Positions 53,534 through 63,717 of a DNA stretch of 64,000 nt are shown piece after piece. The stretch is from a virus: IMG/VR virus record IMGVR_UViG_3300042453_001086, positions 125,883 to 189,882 of that record; one strand, given 5' to 3'. The notes under the pieces are model-generated. The model searched no databases. It was not told where the DNA came from and saw only the letters and a list, made by a program, of their open reading frames with translations. A program made the position numbers and the translations under genes. Every line of letters starts with the position of its first letter. The first letter of the stretch is position 1.

Positions 53534-56161
53534 TCACTGTATGCGACGAAGTTTCATCAGTTCCTTTACATAGTTTGTGTCCATGTCAAGTTGAACAAAA
53601 GAAACTTGTGATTTTTCTCCCGATGTAACAACGTTTGGAGTAGAAGGAGCTGATGGCATTTGAATAGTTGTTTCTTTTGGCGGTGCTTTCGATTCTGTCG
53701 CAACTGCCGTTGTTGTGGATGTTACGGGTGGCATTGATGCACTTTTTGGTATCAAAATCTTTTGTATTTCTTCATATCCAGACTGCCCAGGTTTTACTTT
53801 TTTGGCAAGTTCTGGAAATAACTTTGCCCAGTTTTGTAGTGGTGTTAAATCTGGATCTATCTTCGGAACTTGTGGTTCTGATTGTTTTACTCTCGTAGAA
53901 TCTTTAGGTCTACTGATACTACCAGACTGTTGAGGTCTGACTCTTTGATTCCCTCTAATATCAGCAAGTCCACTACCACCAGAAGCCTTCGCTGAAAGTA
54001 TCAACTCCTGCCTCTTGTAATCTTCTCCAAAGTTTCTTTTTGATTGTTTAGGTTTCATCAAACCCTTCACTAAATCAATAGGTGATGGCAATAAAGTAGG
54101 TAAAGAAGGTAGTCGCCAACCGCCACCTTTAGCGAAACTTGGTTTGTTTTGGTGTGTCCATTCCACTGGATCAACTTGCCCCCCATTTTTTTCTTTTCTA
54201 ACTTCCCAGTGTAAATGAGCACCGAAAGAATGCCCTGTATTACCAACTGTTCCAATAACTTCACCTGCTTTAACTTCAGTCCCAACTTCTAATCGAGAAG
54301 CAACATCTTTCAAGTGCCCATAGAAAGTAAATATTTTTGGTTGCTTGTGTTCAATACCAACTAGATTTCCATATCCACCACCGCCATCAGTAGGCCAGTT
54401 TCTGTTGATATCATATATCTTTCCAGCAAAAGGAGAAATAATCTTAATCCCAGGATCTCCATCTAAATCAATACCACTGTGTTGTTTCCCCCAGCGAAAA
54501 CCAAATCCAGAAACATATCCAATCTTTTTTGTATCAGATTTAGCAAATGGTATCCATGCAGGTAGTTTACCGACGTTAGTTCCACCAACATATCTAAGAT
54601 CCGCAGCAGAAGAAATAACACCAATATCTTTTGCTATTTCACCTGAGGTAATAGATGGTTCTTCTCCATCAGATCCTTGTGTTCCACCTTCAAATATCAA
54701 TCTATTATTATCGAAGTAAATCTTCCACGACTTATAAAACTTTCGTTCTTCTAGTTCATTTGGCATTGTACCAGCATACCCTGGACCGCCAAGCATATCC
54801 AAAACTAGATTAACAGGTATACCTAAAATATTAGATGCACCTTGGACTATACCAGGCAAAGAAGAGTTGAAAAATCCTGCCAACGGTCCAAGACTAGAAA
54901 GTATATCACCATAAACAGAGAGGACAGAACCTAGCAATCCTCTCATTGGTAGCATCATTGTATCACCAAGAGCATTTAAGTATTCAATCTCATCATAGTT
55001 ACCAAACATATCTTTACCATAGTTTCTATTCAATGGTATGATAGCTGTTCCTGGTGCTAAGTTTCCTACTGTGGGATTATCATATATTCCTGGTTTTAAA
55101 ATATTTTTATCACCAGTGCCTAAAGATATGCCACCCTTAGACATTGCTGGCATTGATGTTGACATCAAACCAGCAGAAGCTTTTGTAGGTGATTTATTTG
55201 AATCTTGTTTCCAAAACTCCCACCATTGTTTCTGAGGTTTATTCTCTGCAGTTTGAACTGGAAGTGGAGATGTTTCCTCTGGTTGTTTAACAACTGTAGA
55301 TGTTACCTTATCATCTTTATTCTCAATCTCATCCTCTCTAGATCTAGTTTCGATGTCGTTCAAAAACTCAGAGTAGTTTTCTATCTGTTGCCCAAGTAAA
55401 AACTTAACTAAATCTAGATTAGCATTACTAGTTTTTAGAATAGAAGTTCTTCTTTTTATTAAAACATTATGCGCTGACAGTTCGGATGCAATATTGTCTA
55501 GTGCATTAGAAAACTCTGATATATTTTGTGATAACTTGTTTGGAATCTTCGTTGGTATGAGATCAGGTATTATAGGTTTTTTTGGTGTCTCATCCGTAGT
55601 TGGAACTTCCGATTCAGTTTCTGGAGGTGGTGTCTCTACTACAGGTTCTGGTTCAGGTTCTATTACTGGTTCTGGTGTTTTTATTTCGGATGAGTTTACA
55701 TAACTACCTTCCCATGGATCGGGAATAGGTTCCATTGGTTTAACCAATGGTTCTTGTGGTTGAATATTTTCCGAACGTCTTTTATTAACTACTCTTTCTA
55801 TCTCTGCTTCTTCAATCTTAGCATCAACTTGTTTTCTGAATGGTTTTTCTAGATACTCTTCTACCAACCACTCTTGATATATCCTTTGTCTTTCTAACCA
55901 TTGAGAAGGAGTGCCGCTAGATTGATCCAGTTGAGGATATCCTCGCGGATCTTTCTTCATGTTAGCAATCAGTCTATCCGCATCCGCTTCTGTAATATTT
56001 ACATACGAAGAGTAGTTTCCATACTCATTAGGTCTACCAGTTAGACGCGCCTTAAGAGTTCCCCAAAGACCAGGAGACTTTGGCATTGGTAGGTGCCAAG
56101 GTCTCTGTGGATCTAATATCCCTTCTGGTGGTTGTGGTAAGCCTAAGTCTTCGGGATTCAT
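53534..56161 (-). CDS. virion protein with M23 peptidase domain
   Basis: HSGIDL (HxxxD), YGNLV.I.H, FYGHL, GNTGHSFGAHLHWEV (HxH). Confidence 0.85.
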   Translation of the reverse strand: MNPEDLGLPQPPEGILDPQRPWHLPMPKSPGLWGTLKARLTGRPNEYGNYSSYVNITEADADRLIANMKKDPRGYPQLDQSSGTPSQWLERQRIYQEWLVEEYLEKPFRKQVDAKIEEAEIERVVNKRRSENIQPQEPLVKPMEPIPDPWEGSYVNSSEIKTPEPVIEPEPEPVVETPPPETESEVPTTDETPKKPIIPDLIPTKIPNKLSQNISEFSNALDNIASELSAHNVLIKRRTSILKTSNANLDLVKFLLGQQIENYSEFLNDIETRSREDEIENKDDKVTSTVVKQPEETSPLPVQTAENKPQKQWWEFWKQDSNKSPTKASAGLMSTSMPAMSKGGISLGTGDKNILKPGIYDNPTVGNLAPGTAIIPLNRNYGKDMFGNYDEIEYLNALGDTMMLPMRGLLGSVLSVYGDILSSLGPLAGFFNSSLPGIVQGASNILGIPVNLVLDMLGGPGYAGTMPNELEERKFYKSWKIYFDNNRLIFEGGTQGSDGEEPSITSGEIAKDIGVISSAADLRYVGGTNVGKLPAWIPFAKSDTKKIGYVSGFGFRWGKQHSGIDLDGDPGIKIISPFAGKIYDINRNWPTDGGGGYGNLVGIEHKQPKIFTFYGHLKDVASRLEVGTEVKAGEVIGTVGNTGHSFGAHLHWEVRKEKNGGQVDPVEWTHQNKPSFAKGGGWRLPSLPTLLPSPIDLVKGLMKPKQSKRNFGEDYKRQELILSAKASGGSGLADIRGNQRVRPQQSGSISRPKDSTRVKQSEPQVPKIDPDLTPLQNWAKLFPELAKKVKPGQSGYEEIQKILIPKSASMPPVTSTTTAVATESKAPPKETTIQMPSAPSTPNVVTSGEKSQVSFVQLDMDTNYVKELMKLRRIQ

Positions 56162-56337
56162 CGCATTGATCTTTGTCTTGCTTTGTCGTTCTGCTCTTCG
56201 ATATATGCATTAAGCATACTAACATAAACGATTCTTTCCCAAGGAAGCATGTTCTCTAACTCAGTTAATGAAAACTTGTGATGATACATTAGGTTGAAGT
56301 TAGATTGGTAATGATTCACCAAAGTTTCGTGGAACAT
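56158..56337 (-). CDS. gp51: baseplate hub assembly catalyst gp51
   Basis: Hand-translated 59 aa ..NFNLMYHHKFSLTELENMLPWERIVYVSML; follows gp26. Confidence 0.8.
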   Translation of the reverse strand: MFHETLVNHYQSNFNLMYHHKFSLTELENMLPWERIVYVSMLNAYIEEQNDKARQRSMR

Positions 56338-56339
56338 GC

Positions 56340-57056
56340 TTACCCGAAAAAATTTACCAGACCCTCAATAGTATATTCAGATTCAACGTCTGTGTTTGGG
56401 TTTGTTATTTTAAAACTGTGTGATAGTTTTGGCATTGTAGCGAAGAAATCTTTCACTTTCTCGAACTGTTTAGAAGTCATGCCACCAATCCATTCTTCGA
56501 TCTCTTTTTTTGAGGTCGTTTTTGCTTCATACACATCTTCACCAACAAAGATTTGATCTACAGAATCTACAATAATATCAAAAACTTCTTCAGCATTCAA
56601 ACTCTTCATCATGATTTGCGTTTGAATAAACTGCTCCATACCAGGATACTTCATGATCAAACCAGAATCATCTGACAACATGATTTTATTATTATGAGAT
56701 GGATCTTTGATTACTTTCACGTTATTGATATCTAAACTATAATCGACCTGAGTTTGTCCATCATCTTCACAAGTAATCTTCATTTGAACCACTTCACCAA
56801 CTGATTTGGCACGAATATTTAAAAACAAATATTCAATGTCAAATGAAGCAAGTTCCGTTACTTTGATTCCTCTAGTAAGAACACAGTCTTTAACAATGTT
56901 AACTACCGCATCCGTGATTTGTTTTTCCTCTTGCGATTCCATTGCCATAAGAAGAATCTTTTCTTCTTTCACAAGAAATGGTCTGTACTTAATAGTCTTA
57001 CCTGTTGATGGTAGTTCCAACTCATAGGTAGGCACTGGGGGTTTTGGTAAAGTCAT
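56340..57056 (-). CDS. gp26: baseplate hub subunit gp26
   Basis: PTYELELPSTGKTIKYRPFLVKEEKILL..DIEYLFLNIRAKSVGE. Confidence 0.9.
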   Translation of the reverse strand: MTLPKPPVPTYELELPSTGKTIKYRPFLVKEEKILLMAMESQEEKQITDAVVNIVKDCVLTRGIKVTELASFDIEYLFLNIRAKSVGEVVQMKITCEDDGQTQVDYSLDINNVKVIKDPSHNNKIMLSDDSGLIMKYPGMEQFIQTQIMMKSLNAEEVFDIIVDSVDQIFVGEDVYEAKTTSKKEIEEWIGGMTSKQFEKVKDFFATMPKLSHSFKITNPNTDVESEYTIEGLVNFFG

Positions 57057-57093
57057 GATTACTCCAAAAATTATGATGTCGTGAAGATATTTA

Positions 57094-57738
57094 TTAGCGT
57101 CCTTGTAATGTATCCTTACCCAACTTCCATCTTCTATAGTAAAAGTTAGCAGTGACTTTGACTAACTGCGAAGAACCATATGATAATGGAACTGAGTCTA
57201 CACTATAAGGCCATATGTCATACAAATAGTAAGAAGATGATATGGCACCACTATCACTTCCTTTCGATCTCTCTGTTTTAAATAATCTCATTTCTGCTTG
57301 ATATTCGTCTGGGTATCTTAATCTTCTACCATTTTCTTGACTACTTTTATAATCATCTTCTGCGCCATTATCATCAGAGTCCACGTAAATATATTTCATC
57401 CATCTATTTAATAGATGTAATGGAGTCATTTTAGCATCACACATAAAAGAAAGTTGAATATCATTATAAATCGGTGTAGTAGGATAGTAGAGTGGAGCAG
57501 CACCTGCATATCTTGTTACGTTACCAGTAGCAACTTGATATCCAGGTAAAGTAGCTTCATCACAAAAGACCATCATTCTTGTGTCGTCTTCCGATCCACT
57601 ACCTTTGTATGTCCAAGTTCTTTTGCCAACTACCTCTGGGTTTGGAAATGTTATTTCAACCGCAAAGTTGTTACTAGTGGCCATGCCCTTGCCACTAGAA
57701 ATCATACTCAATAATGATTGAATACCTGTTGATGCCAT
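57094..57738 (-). CDS. gp19/gp54-like tail tube initiator
   Basis: CDEATLPG..YNDIQLSF..YPDEY..IWPYSV..LSYG..KVTANFYY. Confidence 0.75.
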   Translation of the reverse strand: MASTGIQSLLSMISSGKGMATSNNFAVEITFPNPEVVGKRTWTYKGSGSEDDTRMMVFCDEATLPGYQVATGNVTRYAGAAPLYYPTTPIYNDIQLSFMCDAKMTPLHLLNRWMKYIYVDSDDNGAEDDYKSSQENGRRLRYPDEYQAEMRLFKTERSKGSDSGAISSSYYLYDIWPYSVDSVPLSYGSSQLVKVTANFYYRRWKLGKDTLQGR

Positions 57739-57739
57739 C

Positions 57740-57768
57740 TATAAATATTTGGGGAAGATGTATTTATA
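57740..57768. promoter_or_regulatory. face-to-face pair of T4 late promoters
   Basis: TATAAATA on + at 57740-57747 (for gp4) and on - at 57761-57768 (for the tube gene). Confidence 0.8.
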
Positions 57769-57771
57769 TTT

Positions 57772-58206
57772 ATGGCATACTCTGGATTCTTTAAACCAAC
57801 CAATCCTAAAAAATACAGAGGTAACCCGACAAATATCATCTACCGCTCGTTATGGGAAAGAAAGTTTATGATGTTCTGTGACAGAAATCAGAATGTTATT
57901 GAGTGGGGAAGTGAAGAAGTTGTGATACCTTATCGTTCTCCATTAGACGGTAGAGTTCATCGCTATTATGTTGACTTCTATATTAAAGTTCGTACTAAAT
58001 CAAATGAAATCAAAAAGTATCTCATTGAAATCAAACCAAAGAATCAAACAACTCCTCCACCCCCAGCAAAGAAACAAACTAAACTATACAAAGATAAAGT
58101 CCTGACGTTTCTAAAGAACCAAGCGAAATGGGAAGCCGCAAGTGACTGGTGTGAGGATAGACAGATGCAGTTCCTTATTCTCACCGAAGATCACTTGGGG
58201 ATATAA
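57772..58206 (+). CDS. gp4: head completion nuclease gp4
   Basis: MAYSG.FKPTNPKKYRGNPTNIIYRSLWE..HRYYVDF..IEIKP. Confidence 0.92.
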   Translation: MAYSGFFKPTNPKKYRGNPTNIIYRSLWERKFMMFCDRNQNVIEWGSEEVVIPYRSPLDGRVHRYYVDFYIKVRTKSNEIKKYLIEIKPKNQTTPPPPAKKQTKLYKDKVLTFLKNQAKWEAASDWCEDRQMQFLILTEDHLGI

Positions 58207-58209
58207 GAC

Positions 58210-58890
58210 ATGGCAAAAGGATTTAAAAAAGAAACGAAGAAAGAAGTAAAAGGTTACAATACTTTATTTGAACGTGTAAAAGAAAAAACGGATGGTGAAG
58301 AACAACCATGGAGTTGGTATAGAAAAACTGTTCGCTCTATGGCGCTGGAATACAAACAAAATCCAGAAAAAACTATACGTGATGAGCGAAGAGACAGAGT
58401 AGATGATTCCGACAATCAAGACTCAAATCAACTAAGAAGATATGCAAAACAAGGTAGATTATTTCTCTTTGAATACAAAGCAAAGATGAAGTACCTACCA
58501 TACTACGATACATTTCCTCTTGTATATGTGATCAAAGGAAACACAGATCATTTTTTTGGATTCAATCTACACTATCTAGAACCAAGAAAAAGAATGCTTG
58601 CCATAGAAAAGTTGAAAGACAATCGCATTGACTTACCTCGCTCATGTCTTCATAAATATATTTTAGACCATGTAGATGGATTCTTATTGGACCTTGCCAT
58701 TGCTGAATGGGACACTGCTATTGCTTTGCCCGTAGAACATTTTGTTAGAGAAAGAGGCAACACTTTAGTTCCGTACAAGTCATCTGATGTATGGAAAGAG
58801 ACTAACGAAAAATATAATGATCGCATTAAAGCAAAGAGAATCATTAAAGGTTATGGTAAACCAGAAGACATCGAGGTAGTAAGAAACTAA
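58210..58890 (+). CDS. gp2: DNA end protector gp2
   Basis: YKAKMKYLPYYDTFPLV..GFNLHYL. Confidence 0.85.
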   Translation: MAKGFKKETKKEVKGYNTLFERVKEKTDGEEQPWSWYRKTVRSMALEYKQNPEKTIRDERRDRVDDSDNQDSNQLRRYAKQGRLFLFEYKAKMKYLPYYDTFPLVYVIKGNTDHFFGFNLHYLEPRKRMLAIEKLKDNRIDLPRSCLHKYILDHVDGFLLDLAIAEWDTAIALPVEHFVRERGNTLVPYKSSDVWKETNEKYNDRIKAKRIIKGYGKPEDIEVVRN

Positions 58891-59774
58891 TGACACTCAG
58901 ATATCCAGAGCAAATAGCTAGTTCAAAAGATTATATTAAATTTGAGTTTGGGGAATATAAATCTCCTTTCAGATCTCCTCCATCTGGCACAAATCCGTTA
59001 GCATATGGATCAACCCTCTCATTTACTAGTTCTGGAAGTAGTATCTATTTACCAATGCCTAATGATATACAATCTTCATTTGGTGGCAACTGGGGAGGAA
59101 AAGATGTTACTGGATTAGCTCAAGCTGCCCTAGGAACTGCTGGCGTTACGGTTGGAAATTTTATAACAAATAATATAGGTCAAAAGATCACTGGATTTGG
59201 CAATCTATTGTCTCCCGATGGGTTTAAAAACGCTGGTGGTGCTTTGGCAGCTGATGTAGTCAATTCATTAAGTACTGCATTTGCAAATCTTCCAGGTTTG
59301 GGAGCAAATCTAACTGCCACAGATGTTTTACAGCTAACAACAGAATCTATCGTAAATCCCAATACAGAACTATTATACTCTGGGACTGGATTAAGAACGC
59401 ATGGATATACATTCAAACTGATTCCACAATCAAAAAAAGAAGCAAATGATGTAATGGAGATTGTTGAAAGATTTAAAATCGCATGTGCTCCCAAACAAAA
59501 ATCAGCTGCATTTGGAAACACTTTCAAAAACTTCATTGGCATTCCAGATCTCTGTCAAGTAAGTTTCATTGGTAGTGGGGGTGGAGAAAATCCATACCTA
59601 CCAAAGTACAAGGTGTCTGGTATAACATCAGTCAATGTAAACTATGTAACTGACGGTCAATTTGTAGCATACGAAGAAGGGCATCCATTGGGAGTAGTCC
59701 TAACAGTTGCATTAACCGAAACAAAACTCATATTCAGCGAAGAAATCGGATCAGGAGCAGGGAAGTATAGATAA
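58890..59774 (+). CDS. gp48: baseplate tail tube cap gp48
   Basis: IYLPMP..VNPNTELLYSG..RTHGYTFKLIP.S..EA. Confidence 0.85.
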   Translation: MTLRYPEQIASSKDYIKFEFGEYKSPFRSPPSGTNPLAYGSTLSFTSSGSSIYLPMPNDIQSSFGGNWGGKDVTGLAQAALGTAGVTVGNFITNNIGQKITGFGNLLSPDGFKNAGGALAADVVNSLSTAFANLPGLGANLTATDVLQLTTESIVNPNTELLYSGTGLRTHGYTFKLIPQSKKEANDVMEIVERFKIACAPKQKSAAFGNTFKNFIGIPDLCQVSFIGSGGGENPYLPKYKVSGITSVNVNYVTDGQFVAYEEGHPLGVVLTVALTETKLIFSEEIGSGAGKYR

Positions 59775-59776
59775 CC

Positions 59777-60466
59777 ATGGCATTCTTTAATCGCTTACCA
59801 AACGTAGAATACGATCAAAAACCATTAACCTTTCCATACTCGGAAAAGGAATATGTTTTAGTCAAAAACTTTTTCCGTCGCCACAAGTTAACTGAGCAGT
59901 CATACAACTATATCAATCTATTCAATGAGTATGTGCTGACAGATGAAGACCGTATCGACTACCTAGCATACAAAACATATGGTCAATCAGAACTAGATTG
60001 GGTGATTTTGATAACAAACAATGTAATCAATACATACTTTGATCTACCAGTAAAAGAATCTGATCTATATGAAATGGTTGATAATGCATATCGTTACGAA
60101 CCATTTGAAACTGGAGAAGAGAACACGCTACCAGCTGACAGAACACATCATTACGAAACATACGAAATAAAAAACTCTTCTGGTAACGTTGTATTGAAAG
60201 GTGGGTTGAAAGTAGAACGTTCTTTCTACACGACGCCATTCAAATACAACAATGGTAACGGAACTATTGTAACTAAATCTGGCAATCAAGTTTGCAAAAT
60301 AGTTACTAACTATGAATACGAAAAAACTCTGAACGATGAGAAGAGAAAAATCTATCTCTTACGTCCAGAGTTTGTACAAGATTTTATTGATCAGTATGAA
60401 AAAGAAATGGAATACTCCAAGTCTTCCTCATACATTGACAGATTCACTAAGAAATCAGGAATCTAA
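59777..60466 (+). CDS. gp53: baseplate wedge gp53
   Basis: KNFFRR..DRID.LAY..YG.SELDWVILITN..EYE..LND.KR.I.LLRP. Confidence 0.88.
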   Translation: MAFFNRLPNVEYDQKPLTFPYSEKEYVLVKNFFRRHKLTEQSYNYINLFNEYVLTDEDRIDYLAYKTYGQSELDWVILITNNVINTYFDLPVKESDLYEMVDNAYRYEPFETGEENTLPADRTHHYETYEIKNSSGNVVLKGGLKVERSFYTTPFKYNNGNGTIVTKSGNQVCKIVTNYEYEKTLNDEKRKIYLLRPEFVQDFIDQYEKEMEYSKSSSYIDRFTKKSGI

Positions 60467-61387
60467 TCAGTCTTCCTCAGCAAGGCGAGCGAAGTAACTG
60501 AGAGCATCATCTTCATCCTCATCTACACCAGCAGCGACTGCAACCTTAGGCAGGGCAGGTTCACGGCGAGCAACGGGAGCGGGAGCAGAGAACTCTTCAT
60601 CCTCTTCCTCATCCATCACACGGGTTGCCTGAGCAGCGCGAGCAGAGGCAGGGGTCTGAGTGATACCCAGCACCAGATTCAGACGGTCTTCAAGTTCTTC
60701 ATAGCTCTTGAAGTTATCAGGAGACACGAATGCTTGGAGAGAGTGTGCCTGACGCCAGATGTTTTCCAGTTTGGAATCATCAGCAGCGAGTGCAGAAGGA
60801 GCAGCGAACTCAGACTTGTCGTAGTTCCAGTAACCAGCAACGTTGGTGATTTTCAGTTTGAAGTTAGCACCTTCCCACAGATCGAAAGGATTCACGGGAG
60901 TCTCGTCTTCAAACTCAGGTTGCATAGCGGCAGTAATCTTGTCAAAGATTTTCTTACCGAACTTATACAGGAACACTTTGCCTTCATTCTCAGGGTTTGC
61001 TTTGTCGCTCACCACATAGATGTTGGCGTAGTAAGTCAGTTTACGCTTCTGCTTACGGGCAGTTTCTTTATCAGCATCACGACCACTATTCCACAGGCGG
61101 CGATTCACCTCACCCACAGGATCTTTCTGACCCAGAGTGGTGAGAGAGTTCTCGATATACCAACCACCATCACCTTGGAAGGCATGGGAATAGAGTTTCA
61201 CAAAAGGGATTTCCTCACCATCAGGCGCAGGGAGGAAACGGATCACGGCAAATCCATTACCAGCGGCGTCAACGCTGGGCTTCCAGAAGCGGTCATCGCT
61301 ATTGGAAGTAGAGTTTGCTTTCTCCAGTTCCTTAGTCAAGGAAGAGAAAGAGTTTTGGGATTTGCGCTTGAGATCAGCAAAAGACAT
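60467..61387 (-). CDS. gp32: single-stranded DNA-binding protein gp32
   Basis: DDRFWKP..GNGFAVIRFLP..HAFQG.GGWYIENSLTT; acidic tail; promoter TTGACG-17-TATGAT at 61443-61471. Confidence 0.95.
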   Translation of the reverse strand: MSFADLKRKSQNSFSSLTKELEKANSTSNSDDRFWKPSVDAAGNGFAVIRFLPAPDGEEIPFVKLYSHAFQGDGGWYIENSLTTLGQKDPVGEVNRRLWNSGRDADKETARKQKRKLTYYANIYVVSDKANPENEGKVFLYKFGKKIFDKITAAMQPEFEDETPVNPFDLWEGANFKLKITNVAGYWNYDKSEFAAPSALAADDSKLENIWRQAHSLQAFVSPDNFKSYEELEDRLNLVLGITQTPASARAAQATRVMDEEEDEEFSAPAPVARREPALPKVAVAAGVDEDEDDALSYFARLAEED

Positions 61388-61467
61388 AGGATTACCTCGG
61401 ATTGTTTTAGATTTGGTTTGTGTGACGCCTCATCACCTGTTCATCATACCACGGGCAGGGGGCGGCG

Positions 61468-61812
61468 TCAACCCTCTGCCTCGATTTCCTTTTCAAACTC
61501 GTCGAGCTTGTCAAGCATGTTACGCATAAGGGTCTGAACGTTTTCAGTTTCCCACCATCCGTAAAGCATCTTAGCACCTTCTTCAATCTGCTCACACATT
61601 TCTACTGCGCGAGGGTCATCAGAAAGCTTCAAACGCATGTAAAACACTTGCTGCTTTTCAACGAGGGCACGAACAGTATTAATATATTCAAGTTGATCTT
61701 CCTTGGTGCCCCTCATAGGAGCAGCAAGAGTAAGTTCCATCGCTTTCATTTGCAGGAACTCCATTTCTTTCGCCTCGTTACGGACGATTTCAGAATCAAA
61801 GAAGTCGCTCAT
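61468..61812 (-). CDS. conserved cyanophage protein (DUF1825-like)
   Basis: FFDSEIV..EKQQVFYMRLKLSDDPRA. Confidence 0.75.
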   Translation of the reverse strand: MSDFFDSEIVRNEAKEMEFLQMKAMELTLAAPMRGTKEDQLEYINTVRALVEKQQVFYMRLKLSDDPRAVEMCEQIEEGAKMLYGWWETENVQTLMRNMLDKLDEFEKEIEAEG

Positions 61813-62063
61813 ACTAACATTAGTTTTGCACGGGATGTTTTTTTGATGAAGTTCAGTTGTTGAGCTTCATGTTTTAGTTTTTCTTTTAATGGTTTTGATA
61901 TTAACTTTGGAACTATTTCCAGTTCAATCTCATTACTGTCACAGTAATGAATAATAGCATCAATGTAACTCATGTCATCATTATTTACAAGAGTTTCTAC
62001 TTCTGCAGAAAACTTCGCAACGGTCATAAATCTATCCTCAAGTAGTTTGTTTTTATCCTCCAT
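61809..62063 (-). CDS. gp33: late transcription coactivator gp33
   Basis: MSYIDAIIHYC..KLISKPLKEKLKHEAQQLNF. Confidence 0.88.
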   Translation of the reverse strand: MEDKNKLLEDRFMTVAKFSAEVETLVNNDDMSYIDAIIHYCDSNEIELEIVPKLISKPLKEKLKHEAQQLNFIKKTSRAKLMLV

Positions 62064-62727
62064 ACATTTCCTGGTAGAGTGCGCGTAGTTCGATTAATCT
62101 GTCGAGATATTCTTTTTTAGGTTGCTTAATAACGACTTGTGTATTGCCATCCTCACAGGCAACGATAGTCACAAGTTGTTTAATGCGTGTATTATATAGT
62201 TCATAAAACATACACCCATAAGCAGTCTCTTGAATATAATAGTCTTCCATCCAGTCTTCACGCTTCTCTTCCTTTGAGGTTTTGAAGTCAATGATAGATG
62301 GAACACCATCAAACTCACCGATACAATCGACTCGCCCAGCTACTTCCAAGTGGTCAGAATATAATGCTGCTTCTTGTAAATAGACCTGAGTGATTCTATT
62401 GAGAGTTGGAACAGCATTTTTAAACATCATAAGGGGGAGGGGTTGCCCTTTGAAGTTGTTCTCATTATAGCAGTTATTGAGCAAATCTTCAACCATCTTA
62501 TGAAAGTTTGTGCCACGGGTAGCAGCACGAGTTGAGATTGCTTGCGCTTTATCATGCCCAACACGCTGTTTCCATTCGTTCAGTTTCTTTTTCTTCTTCG
62601 GGCACACCCCGAGAACAGTTGTGATAGATGGATACTTACCACCCGAAGGTGTTGGATAGAGCCTACGACCATCTACCATAACAGGTTCAAGTTCAATAGG
62701 GATGAATAACGAAGAATGAATAAACAT
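62053..62727 (-). CDS. PD-(D/E)xK exonuclease
   Basis: YPSITTVL, RGT.FH, AGRVDCI, IIDFKTS, Y.IQETAY. Confidence 0.88.
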   Translation of the reverse strand: MFIHSSLFIPIELEPVMVDGRRLYPTPSGGKYPSITTVLGVCPKKKKKLNEWKQRVGHDKAQAISTRAATRGTNFHKMVEDLLNNCYNENNFKGQPLPLMMFKNAVPTLNRITQVYLQEAALYSDHLEVAGRVDCIGEFDGVPSIIDFKTSKEEKREDWMEDYYIQETAYGCMFYELYNTRIKQLVTIVACEDGNTQVVIKQPKKEYLDRLIELRALYQEMYGG

Positions 62728-63485
62728 CAGAGACCTAGATTGATTTTACTAATGATATAAGAACGAACAAGACCAGAACGAACGATGTCTTGCACACCAA
62801 ACTCAATGGAGGAGAACTCTTCCATGGTATTGATAATCTTTTGGAAGTCAAGAATACCATTACGTTCGTTAGTGCGAACGAGGTCAGTCTGTTGAACATC
62901 TCCAGAGAAGATAATCTTACAATCCTGACCGACACGAGTGATAATGGAATCAAGTTCATGGAAGTTCAGGTTCTGCATTTCATCTACGACAATGATGCAG
63001 TTATCCATGGTAGTGCCACGAAGAAATGAAGTAGACCAGAAGCTAATCGTTCCTTGGTTCTTTAGATTGCCATAGAGTAGTTCAAACTCTTCATCAGTTG
63101 GGAGTTCGAACATATACTTTACCATATTCTTATATGGAATCTGGTAGAGCGATGACTTATCTTCATGGTCGCCAGGGAGGAAACCAATCTCGCGTGTCGC
63201 TACAAGTGAACGAACAATATATACTTTTTCGTATGGAGTGTTCTCGTTAAGAACATCTTTGAGAGCGAGGTAAAGTGCTACGAATGTTTTACCAGTTCCA
63301 GCAGCACCATAAGCAAACAAATGCTTATCGTTTTCCCACTCTTCAAACATCTTACGTTGTGATTCCGTAAGAGGTTCGATGTCTTTAGCGAAGTAGTCAG
63401 CATTTAGTGGCTTCTTGCGCTTCATTTGTTTCACGCTCATTCCCGTTGGAACGGCTTGCTTAGTCTTACGATTTCTTACAGGCAT
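62727..63485 (-). CDS. phoH: PhoH-family protein
   Basis: GAAGTGKT, IGFLPG, FLRGTT, DEMQN, GDVQQTD, DIVRSGLV. Confidence 0.95.
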   Translation of the reverse strand: MPVRNRKTKQAVPTGMSVKQMKRKKPLNADYFAKDIEPLTESQRKMFEEWENDKHLFAYGAAGTGKTFVALYLALKDVLNENTPYEKVYIVRSLVATREIGFLPGDHEDKSSLYQIPYKNMVKYMFELPTDEEFELLYGNLKNQGTISFWSTSFLRGTTMDNCIIVVDEMQNLNFHELDSIITRVGQDCKIIFSGDVQQTDLVRTNERNGILDFQKIINTMEEFSSIEFGVQDIVRSGLVRSYIISKINLGL

Positions 63486-63486
63486 A

Positions 63487-63717
63487 TTAGAGACGATTAA
63501 TGTTAGAACCAGGAGTATCTGCGGCGCGATTGATAACGTGTTTCCAATCGCTATCTGTTTTGTTCTGCCAGTTTCCTACTTCAGAGACTGCATGTAGTAG
63601 TGTAGGCATCTGAGTGATATGAGGATTAGCTTCTAGATACGGTTCTCTTTCTGCCATGTACATCCACTTCTCAAACTCTTCACCAGTATTATTATCCTTG
63701 AACTTGTAAGTTGGCAT
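63487..63717 (-). CDS. conserved T4-like cyanophage protein (MPTYKF..)
   Basis: MPTYKFKDNNTGEEFEKWM..YLEANPHI; the called ORF start at 63936 is too far upstream. Confidence 0.7.
   Translation of the reverse strand: MPTYKFKDNNTGEEFEKWMYMAEREPYLEANPHITQMPTLLHAVSEVGNWQNKTDSDWKHVINRAADTPGSNINRL

Noticed and set aside
57772-58206. TnsA transposon endonuclease
   Set aside because: Same fold family, but the gp4-gp2-gp48-gp53 synteny identifies it as head completion protein gp4
62053-62727. Cas4
   Set aside because: It lacks the four Fe-S cysteines and a CRISPR context; it is the ordinary cyanophage PD-(D/E)xK exonuclease next to phoH
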